From NCBI GenBank assembly GCA_000165345.1, contig CM000433.1:544001-608000 (forward strand): a stretch of DNA of 64,000 nt. The letters are read 5' to 3'. The translations under genes and the position numbers were made by a program. The notes under the pieces are model-generated. The model saw only the letters and a program-made list of their open reading frames with translations. It was not told the DNA's origin and ran no database searches. Positions 1 to 15,887 of this stretch are shown one piece after another (within the stretch, counting starts at the first letter, position 1; each line of letters opens with the position of its first letter).

Positions 1-3000
<3,000 letters not shown>

Positions 3001-3771
3001 AACTTCAATGTAGAAGCTCCCACACTTTGGAATTCTTCATATAATAACTTGAGTATAATTGGCCGAGCCACCACCCGGCCCAGGATGTTGGTTTCCTCAG
3101 TCTCCTATACAGCGTAAGTCTCCTATTCAGTGAAGACTAAGTGGCCAATTACTTGTGTTTTTCTAACTTTTTCATAAAAAAATCGCTTTCTTAGCTTTGT
3201 GAGATTATTTATTTTATTACCCTTTTAATTGTGTACATTTTTCATAAACTGCCTTTTGCCGCCTATTTTATTATTTTTAATTAAACTGGGTAATGACAGT
3301 AATCCAATACCGGCGTTACAAATTTTAATGATTTTTTTCATGCAATATAAATTTTAAATAGAATAAGAAAAGGCTGAAAATATTTTGGAAGAAAATTTTG
3401 ACTTTTAGTATATTTTGAAATTGAAAAAAGGTAGAATTAAGTCAAAAATGTACGATATTAAGTCAAAGTGTAAAACTAAAAAAAAAAGATTATAAATCTA
3501 ATATTACTTTTGAACTATTGTTTGTAAATAACAGGGCATAGCAAAAAATCTTAATTCATAATAGCGGTAGAAAGAAATAATTCAAACTTTTTGAACTCTA
3601 TTAATATCTCTGTCCAGCTTTAACAATATATAATAACCCCGCATAATAATGAAATACTTTATAATGAGAATAAACGAATAATATAGGGGTTTAATTAACT
3701 TGGTGAAAATTAATCCTTAGGATTCGATGAACTAATCCAAATCTTAATACGTTTAGGTAAAGTAAATTCAT

Positions 3772-4656
3772 TCAAATCATTATTTGAGGATCCAAATCTT
3801 TAAAGTATGGATGATTCATAGCATCTCTTGCGGAAATTCTCTTATTTGGATCAAAGCAAAGCATATTAGAGAGCAAATCAATTCCCTCTTGACAAAATCC
3901 AGGAATTATTGAACTCCAAGGCTTCTTTTCAAAGACCTGAAAAGTTCTCTGTTTCCATAAAGGCAATTCCTGAACTTGTGGCCATTCACGAGGATTCGGA
4001 GTTCCTAAAATTGAAAATATCTTCGGAAGCTGATCATCGTCTGTTACACCAGGGAAAAGAGGCTTTCCTGTAATCATCTCAGCAAAAATACAACCAATAC
4101 TCCAAATATCAACAGAAGTCGAGTACTTTTTGCTGCCCATCAATACATCGGGAGCTCTATACCAAAGAGTTACAACCTCATGAGTATAACTTCTAACAGG
4201 TATCCCAAATGCCCTTGCAAGTCCAAAATCAGCCAGCTTAAGTGCCCCATCACTATTAATCAAGAGGTTTTGTGGTTTCAAATCCCTATGTAATATCCGA
4301 TGTTGATGACAATGAGCAACTCCCCTCAAAAGCTGATATAAATATATTTTTATCTGACTATCCTGTAATCCTGTCTTGTTCTCATCCAGTACTTTTTTCA
4401 AGTCCTTTTCCATGAACTCAAAAACTAAAGTTAAACATCTCTCAGAGTGGATAACATCTATTAAGCTCACAATGTTGGGGTGGTGAAGCTCCTTTAATAG
4501 TGATATTTCACGAATTGCTGTGGAAGGAATTCCCTCATCTTCAGCGTCCAATCGAATTCTTTTCAACGCTACAATTCGGCCCTGACTATCCTTGGCTTTG
4601 TAAACCACCCCGTAAGTCCCCTCTCCAACCTTTTCCAGTTTCTGATACTTTTCCAT
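3772..4656 (-). CDS. Cyclin-dependent kinase, cdc2/CDK1/CDK2-like (PSTAIRE class).
   Basis: 294 aa. Contains the [11 protein letters not shown] glycine loop, the [17 protein letters not shown] (PSTAIRE) helix, [19 protein letters not shown] and WYRAPDVL. It is a complete single-exon kinase domain. Confidence 0.9.
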   Translation of the reverse strand: MEKYQKLEKVGEGTYGVVYKAKDSQGRIVALKRIRLDAEDEGIPSTAIREISLLKELHHPNIVSLIDVIHSERCLTLVFEFMEKDLKKVLDENKTGLQDSQIKIYLYQLLRGVAHCHQHRILHRDLKPQNLLINSDGALKLADFGLARAFGIPVRSYTHEVVTLWYRAPDVLMGSKKYSTSVDIWSIGCIFAEMITGKPLFPGVTDDDQLPKIFSILGTPNPREWPQVQELPLWKQRTFQVFEKKPWSSIIPGFCQEGIDLLSNMLCFDPNKRISARDAMNHPYFKDLDPQIMI

Positions 4657-4829
4657 TAAATACAGAAATCCACAAATATACCTCCTTTTAGAACGTTTAT
4701 TGGGATTATCAGCCCCTTTATATTACCAAAATTCTCTTAATGTCAAATTACCTCATTTTATTACCGCCTTTTTCCGCTGCCTTTCTTCCCTGCCCCTAAC
4801 CCTCACCTGTGCAAAACTCTACCTCAAAG

Positions 4830-4841
4830 TTTGGCGCCAAT
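4830..4841. promoter_or_regulatory. E2F-like site TTTGGCGCCAAT in the divergent CDK/MED6 promoter region.
   Basis: Palindromic GGCGCC core flanked by T/A. It lies ~125 nt upstream of the MED6 ATG and ~175 nt upstream of the CDK ATG. It is one member of the motif family repeated through the window. Confidence 0.5.
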
Positions 4842-4964
4842 ATGCTAACATACCCTTTTGACATAAACTGTGTAGGTAGGAAAATTATATGGAATTAAGT
4901 GAGAGTTTAAGTAGCTTTAATTTACCTTTAAAGTTTAAATCTTCATATTTCCCAATCTAATATT

Positions 4965-5836
4965 ATGACTGATATCCTTGGAGTTCCCCTCTGTTCTTTT
5001 AGAGATGATCTCTGGCTCGGAAGATTTACTTTGACTCCAGAGAATGCTTTGGAATATTTTTATCTGTCCCCATTTCACGACCCAAATAGTCTAAATATTC
5101 AAAGAAAACTTGGGAAGCACACTGAGTAAGTTTCTTGTAAGAATAATACACCATTTTTCTGGCCTGTATTATTCATTACTACGATCTTTATGTATTCTTG
5201 CAAAAAAATTTGAATTCATCCTATTCCATATTTTTAGTGCTTCCGAAGGATTTGAATATAGAATAACTTATATTAACGAAGAAGGTCTTGGAAATGTTCC
5301 GCAACCTCCTGGATCTACTTGGAACACTCCTAACCAATTCGGAATTTTCATAATCCAAAAGTTTTTCATTGAGTTCCAACGTGAAATCCCTCTCAATATC
5401 TACTATATATTATCAGGTACAATTTATGAAGCTCCAACTCTTAGTAATGTCTTCCTTCACAGAACAGCAGAAGCCTTTCTTAGTATGGAAAAAATATTTG
5501 ATACATTGAGTGAAATGTCAAGATTCAGTCTTTATGAAGGATATACCTGGGACAATCTTGAAGTAACCTCAAAAATTAACTCTGATATAGAAAATGCTGA
5601 TTCAAAAAATACCAATAGTGGTGAGGAAGAAAGCTTGGGTACGTTTCTTCTTTTTCTATTTTGCGTTTTTGTTAAACTAAATTACTTTAATTAATTAACT
5701 CAATTAAATAAATTCTTAATCTTTAGTTGAAATAACATATTCATCCAGCAAAAACTCTAAGATAGATAATATTCTCATGTCCACCAAAAAGGAGCTCTTC
5801 GAAAAGATTACAAACTTCGAAAAGTCAAAGAGTTGA
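4965..5836 (+). CDS. MED6: Mediator complex subunit MED6, three exons: join(4965..5125,5238..5638,5727..5836). Intron 1 is 112 nt and intron 2 is 88 nt.
   Basis: Exon 1 starts MTDILGVPLCSFRDDLWLGRFTLTPENALEYFYLSPFHDPNSLNIQRKLGKHT and ends at a GTAAGT donor. The unspliced frame hits TAA immediately after it. Splicing to the TTTTTAG acceptor at 5237 joins it in frame to the track ORF 5110-5694 (...GFEYRITYINEEGLG...FIIQKF...EIPLNIYYILSGTIYEAPTLSNVFLHRTAEAFLSMEKIFD). The spliced protein aligns along its length with MED6 from human and yeast (VLDYFSERSNPFYD; FIIRKQ; IPLADYYIIAGVIYQAPDL; SAFDEA; GYWW). A second GTACGT...CTTTAG intron replaces a hydrophobic read-through tail (GTFLLFLFCVFVKLNYFN) with a K/E-rich tail (VEITYSSSKNSK...FEKSKS). 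That second intron is less certain. Confidence 0.6.
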
Positions 5837-6419
5837 ATCATCCTCCATTAAGCTTTCATCAAAAATATATATATACTCTAATTATTAATTCACTGTAAAT
5901 GCTTCTTTATTTGTTACCTTTCTGTGTTAATTCAGCTTTGACAATTAACTCCTATTAAAAAAACAAATACAAAAAAACATTCCATTCACTAGAAATTAAC
6001 CAATCGCACTGCTTCAATATAAATAACTTGATCTCAATTCTTGAGACTTATTTATTCGAATTCGTCTTTTAATATCTTCTTTTTTTAGTTTCTTTTTTTT
6101 AATTTGACAGATCCCATGCCTAATACTTTTATTCACTAATATGTTGGCGCCCAAATGTGAGGTCCGGATTCCTTATTTCATGAAAGAAAGTTTGAGAAAG
6201 TTGGCAAAAAATAACGAAATAGACTTAAAGCATATTCAGTCATAATCTGGGAATAATTATGTTATATGAAACTTTTAAAACACTGAATTGAATGTTTTTT
6301 TTCCTGAGAATCTTTAAACTGCCCTTACTTGGTAATTAAAGAGTAGTTACCCAAAATAAATACATTAAACTCTGAAAGTTTTACAATACATAAATATCGA
6401 AATTAAATAATTAAAGAAA

Positions 6420-9119
6420 ATGGGTCTCAAATTTTCCACAGTTTCGTTGGCATTTGCTGCATCACTGTTTACAGTGCAAGCTGTAATAATGTACCTTTGG
6501 ATGTATCAAGATACTTTCTTATTTTTAATGTTTTTAATAGGAGACATACCATTACTAATGAACTTTTTGCTCAGAAGACACGAGTCAAATAGTGCTATTT
6601 CTGGAGGTCTTCAATGGTTTTGGTATAGTTTGATATTAACCCTTAAAATGGTTTTTTTAGTTTGGCACAAATCATTTGATACCCATGCAAATACAACGCT
6701 TATAGATAGATTACCATATACACTGTTTCCCTCTTCAATCATCCCAACAATATTATTCATTACGCCAGCAATTTATATTCTCCTGTCTTTCAGAGCTGCT
6801 CCACAATTATATGGCTCACCTATTTATGTGCTTTCAACAGAAAGTTTATTACACTCAGATTTGGTTACGCATGTCCTCTTAGACTTAATTGATATACTTG
6901 TTCAAATGCAACATGAGCAGTACCCAGCAAGTCTATTAATACATTCAACTTGGATTTATATGTACTCAGGTATTGTTTTAACTTTGGTATTGTTTTTCCA
7001 TGGTCTATCATTTCCAACAAGTGGAGGAGAACCAACTATTTCTCAAAGGCAGGGCGGGGATGTTTATATAGTAAGAAAGCACGCAGCTTTGGTTGGTATA
7101 TTTCTTGTTGACATTCCTCTATTGATCCTTAGAACATATATTTGGCTTCATTTTCCAGTATTTCCAGGGTTTAATCCATGGATTATGAAGAACATATTGT
7201 TCATCCCATTACAAATTGTAAGGTTAAACCAATGCAGGCTTGCTGAGAAGGAAAGATCTCATAAATCCCAAAGAGAAAGCTTCTTCTCAAGCATTGTAAG
7301 TAAAGATGAAGCAAGAAGTGGCTCGATTATTAAAAGAACTATTCTTCCATATAATTGTCAACAGCCTCAGGTGACACATAGTAAGCGTTCTGAAACCAGA
7401 AATAATACAATGGAGCTTCCTTTGATTCAAAATAAAGATGATTTTAGCGATCATTTAAATTTGAGCTCAGATAACATTAGCTCGAGCTTAAATAATAATT
7501 CATCCCAATTTAAAAATAATTTCCCATCAAAAAATGAAGGTTCTAGTATGCAAAATATTGGTAGCAATAATTTTTCAACTGGAAATATACAGAAATCCTT
7601 TAATATGAGTATTAGACAAAGAATCCCAAATAACGACGAAATTGGCTACCAAGAAAATGCTTCAGGACAATTTTCTCAAAATTTTTCAAATAGGAATGAC
7701 CATTCGAGCAAAGAAGTTGATTCTACAATTAAAAGAAACTTTGACCACATAATTAAAGATATTAATTCAACTAGAAAAATTCCAGCTCGAAGTTTTTCTC
7801 TTGGGACGATTTTAAAGCAGATCATTTTCATGTTCCAAAGAAGTGGCCAATCTTCATATTTATCTTCAATTCTCGATAACACCTTGAATGTAACTCAATT
7901 CCAAAATATCAGGCTTTCTCTTGCACTTATAATCCCTCTAATTTCCCAAATTGCACTTTCTGTGGTATGTAGAACACCAGAACAAGGTGGAATGGAAGTT
8001 CAATGTAATTTGAACTGGTTTTTCCCAAATTTAACTGAAGAAGGTGGATTTTATAAAATGAAGTGCAATGCAACTTATATTTCATTTATGTGTATTAACT
8101 TTGTCTCATACAACCTATTGTGGTTTGGAATGACAAAATACTTTGAAGTCTTTTGTGGGGCAATTTACCAACTTGTAATCTTTAGCTCCTATTTCTTTGT
8201 AGTTCACAGCATAAGAAATGCAAAGTTTGTTGATCCTTTTCTTTCTGGGGTCAATATGGATATTGGGAATATTTTGGTTTTACTTTGCGTTTGCCCCGCA
8301 GTCCTTACCCTACTATTCAATTATTTCCCTCTATCTAGTGCCTTTCTCGGAAGAAAACATCTCAGACTTGCAACTCCATTTTCAAAAAAACAGTGGATTG
8401 TAAACAAAATTCCTGTTAACACTGAGCAAAAGAACCAAGAAATCGAAATTAACAAGATTCCAAACGAAAGTAAAAGTTCCAGAGATGATGAAGTCGGCTA
8501 TCTTAATATTGGATCTTGTTTGCTTCTTTTAAATTGCAGATTTGGAATTGCCCCAGTAAGCATGAACGAGCTTCTAATTGGTCCTGATACAATCAAAGGA
8601 ATCAGACTTATTGACCTTCTATTGTCTACTTTCTATAGAGACGTTTTATTCATTTTCGTTACCAGAGGCATTTTACTTACACTTTGTTTTACATGGGCAT
8701 CTCTTGGAGTATTTGTTTCGCACATAACTTTCATGATTTTCTATGGAATTACTTCCCATACTATCAGGCTTCTTGCACTCAGAAGATTTGAACTCAAAAT
8801 CTTATTTCAGAAGATTCTTAGAGATATTGTTAAAGAAGATACCATCATCCCAAATTTCTCCAACCAGTCTTCAATTATTCTTTCCAACTTCAACCAATTA
8901 TATAGAAATGAAGAATGGAAAAATTCTAGTCTTCAACAGTCATTCTTTAAAGACAAACAAGCTTCTATTCAACACAATGAACTCTTGCAAATTATTAACC
9001 AAATCTCCCTCCCCTACATTTCTCACAACAATATAGTCAAGAAATACTCTTCTTCAGGATTTTTCTCTTCTCCTGGGAATATTTTACTTCCATATACTAT
9101 TGGAACTATTCCTCTATAG
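6420..9119 (+). CDS. Polytopic membrane protein of unknown function. It has about 7 N-terminal and about 4 C-terminal predicted TM helices around an N/S-rich low-complexity loop.
   Basis: 899-aa uninterrupted ORF. It shows repeated ~20-residue hydrophobic stretches and a central run rich in N, S and Q. No catalytic motif is recognisable. Confidence 0.5.
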   Translation: MGLKFSTVSLAFAASLFTVQAVIMYLWMYQDTFLFLMFLIGDIPLLMNFLLRRHESNSAISGGLQWFWYSLILTLKMVFLVWHKSFDTHANTTLIDRLPYTLFPSSIIPTILFITPAIYILLSFRAAPQLYGSPIYVLSTESLLHSDLVTHVLLDLIDILVQMQHEQYPASLLIHSTWIYMYSGIVLTLVLFFHGLSFPTSGGEPTISQRQGGDVYIVRKHAALVGIFLVDIPLLILRTYIWLHFPVFPGFNPWIMKNILFIPLQIVRLNQCRLAEKERSHKSQRESFFSSIVSKDEARSGSIIKRTILPYNCQQPQVTHSKRSETRNNTMELPLIQNKDDFSDHLNLSSDNISSSLNNNSSQFKNNFPSKNEGSSMQNIGSNNFSTGNIQKSFNMSIRQRIPNNDEIGYQENASGQFSQNFSNRNDHSSKEVDSTIKRNFDHIIKDINSTRKIPARSFSLGTILKQIIFMFQRSGQSSYLSSILDNTLNVTQFQNIRLSLALIIPLISQIALSVVCRTPEQGGMEVQCNLNWFFPNLTEEGGFYKMKCNATYISFMCINFVSYNLLWFGMTKYFEVFCGAIYQLVIFSSYFFVVHSIRNAKFVDPFLSGVNMDIGNILVLLCVCPAVLTLLFNYFPLSSAFLGRKHLRLATPFSKKQWIVNKIPVNTEQKNQEIEINKIPNESKSSRDDEVGYLNIGSCLLLLNCRFGIAPVSMNELLIGPDTIKGIRLIDLLLSTFYRDVLFIFVTRGILLTLCFTWASLGVFVSHITFMIFYGITSHTIRLLALRRFELKILFQKILRDIVKEDTIIPNFSNQSSIILSNFNQLYRNEEWKNSSLQQSFFKDKQASIQHNELLQIINQISLPYISHNNIVKKYSSSGFFSSPGNILLPYTIGTIPL

Positions 9120-9925
9120 TATTCTCCCATATCTCTTATATGCTCATTATATTGCAGCATTAATTGATTTTATACTTATATATTTTTTTTAGTATTCAAA
9201 CATTTATTCACTCTCTTTTTTTAATATTTAATTCGTATTATTATCAATCAATAATATTTTTTATTCAAACTCTACTCTTAAAATTCTATCCTTTACTATT
9301 TATTCCGCTTCCACATGCAAAAATTCTCAATTCCTGTCATTGCATGCAAATTTTATGCAAACCATTTCTTAATACCGGTTTATTATTAACATTTAGGCGC
9401 CAAGACCCAGACACGTCATTATGAAGTTAAATAAAGTTTTTTTTAATATAAAAACTGAAAGGTTAAGTGTTGGGTTCTCCTTGCGGGAACCCGATTCTAA
9501 AATTGGCTTTAAAAACAGAGAAGATTAGCAAACCCCTGCGTAAGGCTGGTTTCATTCGCCGAAAGGTATAACCAATTTTTTTTTTCCTTTATTTTTTTTA
9601 TTACAAAAGATAAACTAGGCTCATATGTTAAGTGATATATTCTTCTATGTATACCGGAATCTATTTTCAGGTTCTGAATTCAATCAATGAACTATTATTT
9701 CTAATCCAAAAAACCATAAAAACTTAGATAAATGCTAGAATTTTATCCTTTCTAGATCATACATGAAATACTAAGCTATGATTCTATAGCAAAGCTCGTT
9801 ATATATCCTTTATAGCTATTAAATTTTAACCTTTTCCTAATTTATATTTGTCTCTGCTAGACGTGACATGAAATATGTCAATTTAACAATAATTAATTGA
9901 TCTGAAACTTCCAACATTTTATAAA

Positions 9926-12900
9926 ATGGAAAATGATACGAAAATATGTGGAGTTCAGCCATTAAGCTCACTAAAGCCTATTAACTCTGTTTTGGCAATT
10001 AAACTTCGAAATATTGATCTTATTTTAGCAGGATTTGGAAATGAGCTGAGAATATACTCCCAAAACTTTGAAACAATCTACGATCAATTAGTTTACCACG
10101 ATTCTCATAATATTTATGGGATAAAATATGGTGAGTTAGATGATTTAGTTGCTATATATGGTCTTAACAAAGTTGTTTGGTGTCGTATACATATTCAGGA
10201 ATCACAACAAGATATCTCCGACTCAAAATGTCAGAAAATTCATTCTATCAAAGTTGGAGAATTGAACGAGTATGATCTTTTCCTTGAATCTTGTAATTAT
10301 CTTAAAGGAAAATGGCTAATTGGAAGTTCTACTGGCAAAATAAGGCTTTGTCAATTTGAACAACAAACCCAAGATTATATCATTCCTAAGATTCAAAATC
10401 TTATCATCCCTCAATCTCCAACTCTATATTGCATGAAATTTCATATACTTACTGATTCTGAAGAAGTCATGATTGTATCAGGATCTGCTTTCTCTACTGT
10501 CAATGTTTCAATATTAACCATTAATAAAGAAAGTATTATTCAGGAACAAATCCTTAAAGCTCATAATGGAGTTGTATATGATCTCAAGATTATAGGAGAT
10601 GGATCTGGTATTCTATCTTCATCTGATGATAGAAAGATTATTCTTTGGATGAAAGAAGAAAATTGTCTAGAACTTTCTAAAAATACTCAAAAGTTCCGAT
10701 TCTATCCTAAATATATACTAATTGGGCATGAGGCTATTATATGGTCCATAGATACTTTATGGGAAAAAGAACTAATAGCATCTATTTCTGAAGATGGAGA
10801 TCTATTTATTTGGAATCTAAAAGAAGTTAAATCAAAATCTTATGTCAATATAAATGGTAATGATATACAATGTATTAATGGTCCTAATTCAAAAGTATCA
10901 AAAGCTCATCAAGGAAGAGGAGGAAGAGTTATTCATTCTATGTCTCAATTATTAGAAAATAATAAAAATTATTGGTCTTTTATTACTGGAGGAGAAGGAG
11001 GAGATTTAAAAGTCTGGAAATTTTTTATAGGATATGAACAAACTAATATTGAAGATGACAAATTTGAGTTAACTTGTGAAGATGATTATTTTGCATTTTC
11101 AGAATCGAAAATCTCTCCAGATATAAATAACCAGCCGGAAACTAATGATTCAAATTCTATTTGGTATCAAGGAGCTCATTTGATAGATCAATCTAAACTT
11201 ATTGGAGTTACCAGACAAGGAATTCTAAGCATTGGGATGAAATGTTCTCAAGGTTCATCACATGAGTGGGAAAGTATTAAAATTCATGATTTAGGAGATT
11301 TGGTGTATTCAATGTCTTCTTTAGATAACGGACATTTAGTTCTTGGATCTTCCAGAGGGAAAATTATACATGGACTAGTAAATTTAATTAAAAATGAAAT
11401 GGAAGTTAAAAATGAGCTTTTCTTGCCAAATTGGACAGAAAATATTACTTTTGTCCAGTATTTTACTATTATAGAGAATGAACTTTATCTTGCATTTTCT
11501 TCATGTTCTAAAGGATTTGTTGGAGCTTCAGTATTCCACAAAATTGATCACAATTCAGAAGATGAATCCACTAATCCATGGATTACGTCAATAGTACCAA
11601 TAAAAGGAACCCCAAAATATGGAGAATTAAAATGTTTGGATATTTTTAAATATAATAATAATACTCAAGGTAAAATAGTATGTGGAACAGTAAGTGGAAA
11701 CATATTTATATTGAATTTCAAAGTTTTAAAAAAAGAGGTTAGTCAAGATAGACTGGGGATTAGCTCGATTTCTGATGGATTAGATACTATTATAGAAATT
11801 TGGTTATCTAATGTATTAAGTGCTTCTCATAAGGGGAATGTCTCAAGTCTTAACTGGATTAATGATTCGAACAATAATTTGGTATTTCTATCAACAGGTC
11901 AAGATGGCAAGATTAATCAGTATTCAGTGAAAGATGAAGCTACATTAGAATGGTCACATAGATGGAATTCCCAGTGTGAATATATAGTTAGATGTTTTAA
12001 GTTGAATAACAGTAATTGGTTAATAATAGGAGCAGTAAAACATGAGTTATTCTTTTACTTAGCGAAGGAAAATGTTACATCTACTCCAATATTATTATTA
12101 ACACATAAATTTGGAGGAATTAAACGTTCATTCCAAATTAATATAAGAAATTATAATGATAAGGATCTTTTGGAAGTGATTTGGTGTCAGAAACCATCAA
12201 TTAGGATTGATCAATTGAATATTAGAAAGATTTTAGAAAGTCAAAACTTTTCAAATAATTTCCTTAATCCATTATTAATGACAAAGTGTTTAAACGTGAA
12301 TCCTCCTTCAAGGCTAATTCATTCTTCAGCTTGGATGAATAATAATATAGTAATTTTTGGAGGGGAGGACCATATTGTAAGATTTTATGATGTATCAAAC
12401 CCCTCAAAAATGTGTTTAATACATTCAATTAGGCTTTTAGATCCTATTAGAAGGCTTAAAGTGGTAAATATAAGAGAAAATGTTGAAATTTTAATGATAA
12501 CAGGTGGGAGACAAATGTTTCATATGTTTGAGATTAGAAAAGAAAGGAGTGAGAGTGATATTGTGATAAAGACAATTTTTTCGAATAATAATGACAAGAA
12601 ACAGAATAATTGTAGATTTATCTCACTAGATTATGTAATTGAACCAATTTCAATGGGTGAAAATTATAAGTTGATTGTAATTGTAGGTTCGAGTAAAGGA
12701 GAAATATTGATATTTTCTTTCCAATTATTAGATTTGGGAGAAAAGTTGGAATTTAATTTGAAGAAAATTGTTACTTTTGGTTTACCTTTTGTACCTTTTT
12801 CAATAAGAGCGGAAAATGATTCAGGAGAGATTTTGGTGCTTGTGGGGCTTTCAAATGGGAGCATTAAGGTACTCAAGAGTAGAAATTTAGGAATATCTAT

Positions 12901-13407
12901 AAATGATTTTAACATAGATTTAGAACTCAAGTTTGAGATAAAAACTCACAATTCTGGAGTAAATTCTGTAATACTATTGGATACGGACAAGAAAGATTTC
13001 AGATTAATTGCGTCTTCTGGACATGACCAAAAGATTTCAATTTCAAGAATAATTACAGACAAGAAAAAAGAAGATAGTATTATAGTGGAAACATTATTTT
13101 CAGTTTCGAATGCTCATTTTTCTTCTATCAGAGACCTTTGTTATGATCCAATAAAAAGAATTCTATATTCGATTTCATGGGACCAAATACTTAATTCTAA
13201 TAGATTCGATGAACTAATGCTAAATTTTGTGGAAACAAGAAAGTTTCCAATTTCTATTTGGGATCCAAGTAAGTTTTAACGAATAAATTATTCACAACGA
13301 TCACTAATTACATTTACATTTTAGGCTGTATTTCTATTTCTAATAGTAATGATAAAATATTAATTTCAGGAGGCTCAGGATCCTGCCAGCTATTTAATCT
13401 TGTTTAA
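9926..13407 (+). CDS. Large WD40-repeat protein (about 1140 aa, size and architecture reminiscent of WDR6-type proteins). A probable small 3' intron gives join(9926..13268,13325..13407).
   Basis: WD-like blades are visible throughout (GVVYDLKIIGDGSGILSSSDDRKIILW; GHEAIIWSIDT...DGDLFIWN; ...SSGHDQKISISRI). The track ORF ends ...ISIWDPSKF*. A perfect GTAAGT donor overlaps that terminal codon region, and a 56-nt AT-rich intron ends in CATTTTAG. Splicing appends SCISISNSNDKILISGGSGSCQLFNLV*, which completes a canonical WD blade. Confidence 0.55.
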
Positions 13408-14410
13408 GTAACTAATATTAGTATTAATAACAGAAAAAAATAGACTTTCCACATTAATCGAGCTTAGCATAAAAAAAATTTCAATAACATACTTCCTTAA
13501 GTAGTTTTAGCTTGTATATTAAATCCTTATTATTTTAGAACTTATATTCATGAAACCAAAAAAAAATTTCTTATTTAATTTATTATTGTGTACAAGTAAA
13601 AGAAGATTAATATATACTTTTTTTACTTTATTACACGTAATCCGACAGTAAAATAATATGGCTTCTATACCGGTAGTTACATGCAAAATGAGGAGTTTGC
13701 CGCCACAAAGAAGCCCGCCAACATTGCCCACAATGTCTGTGTCGAGAGGTTGTTTGAAATAAATACAACTTGAGTTTAGAGCAAGAAATTTGGCTTAAGT
13801 AAGGAAAGGAGAAAATTTTTCAAAAGGAGTATTGAATAGGGTAAGTTTAGGTGTATTTAGATGGGTGTTTGTTGATGAAGGCGGAGTTTTGCCAGATTGG
13901 GTGTAATAATGGAAGAAATGCAGTGTGGATTAAGCAGAGATCAGGCCAAGAGCCGCATATTTGTGCTTGGTTAGATGTTGGCTTGGATGAAAGATTCTAT
14001 GATGGAGGGACTACACACAGGCACACACAGGTTGTATTTATGTATTATTATTTCATTACGATGAGTGGGTTGTGGCGATAATTTGTAATATGAAATGCTT
14101 AATGAGATATGGGTGTGGTGTGGGGGTACGTATGAGCCGAGGAAATGTATTTTTTTTTCTTTTCTGAATGAAACAAATTGAAGTTTGTGACTTAATACTT
14201 CTGTTCAGGATTCTCAGATAACTTTGAAGAAAGAATTACAACAGTTAAACAAATTCAATCTTTTCTTTCTCCATCTAGTTTATTGGCTTTATACTACAAA
14301 AAGAAATTCGGCAATATTACGTATTCAGTGGATTATTCTATTTGTCTGGGCTAGACACTAAGCCTCATCAACATTCATCCTTGTATAAACTCGTTAACTG
14401 TAATTAATAG

Positions 14411-15136
<726 letters not shown>

Positions 15137-15837
15137 GAACAATGTCTATTAGGTTGTAGCAAAGAGAAGAGTTGTTTACTAATGAATCAAGCTATAGAGT
15201 TTTTAACAATACTGGGAAGTGAGGAATAAAGTAAAGGAAGATCAATTTAGGGAGGAGATTTGTTGATGAATATTTTTCAATTGAAAAGGGAGTTTTGGAG
15301 GAACATAGGATAGTAAAATACATAATTTACTATCTTTAAGTGATTCCCTTTTTTTCTTTTGAATATAAAGCACTATGTTACTTTTTTGGTTCTCTTTGGA
15401 ATGCCGACCTTTTCAAATCTTCGGAAATTGGTTGGGATGGCAAGAGTTACATTGATTGACTATCAGGAATTAGTGTATATCCTTCAACAAAAGATATCTC
15501 TATTAGTGATTATGCGCCATTTGCTGGTCTTGATGCCTTTTCATAGTTCTTAACCCTTCCAATGGTAATGACAGGATGCGGATATTTTATATTGGGCTAT
15601 CAACTCTCAGGGATGACGACCCTTGCTGACCTAATAATGAGTGTGTTGTTTTAACTTTATTGGGAGGAATAAAGTATTTTGTTAGATATTATAGGACTTT
15701 ATCATATCTAATAGATTGTATAACTGTAATTTTATTTTTTTTTCTTTTGAAATTTTGTCAGGTTATTCTAGAATTGCATGCATTTTACCGGCATGTAAGC
15801 ATTCAACAATTTCCTTGAAAGAAAAGCCATGAAGGAA

Positions 15838-15850
15838 TTGGCGGGAAAAT
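15838..15850. promoter_or_regulatory. E2F-like G-box TTGGCGGGAAAAT, 38 nt upstream of the MLH1 start codon.
   Basis: Exact GGCGGGAA core. Its position is typical of a proximal promoter. Mismatch-repair genes are classical E2F targets. Confidence 0.55.
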
Positions 15851-15887
15851 TCGAATGAAGTAAGTTTTTTAAGACTTGGGAATATAA

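Noticed and set aside
3060-3130. GC-rich island whose minus-strand reading contains ACTTACGC followed by GC-rich stems, resembling a U1 snRNA 5' end.
   Set aside because: The 5'-splice-site pairing sequence would need ACUUACCU to match the GTAAGT donors used here. No Sm site or U1-70K loop was found, so it is probably promoter or 5'-UTR sequence of the USP gene.
5110-5694. Track ORF 5110-5694 as an independent 194-aa gene.
   Set aside because: Its first ~40 residues are intron read-through. It is exon 2 of MED6, joined to the exon at 4965-5125.
15560-15700. Possible box C/D snoRNA (ATGACGA...CTGA...ATGA) 3' of polyubiquitin.
   Set aside because: Box spacing and terminal stem do not fit C/D architecture. 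It is more simply read as polyubiquitin 3'-UTR.
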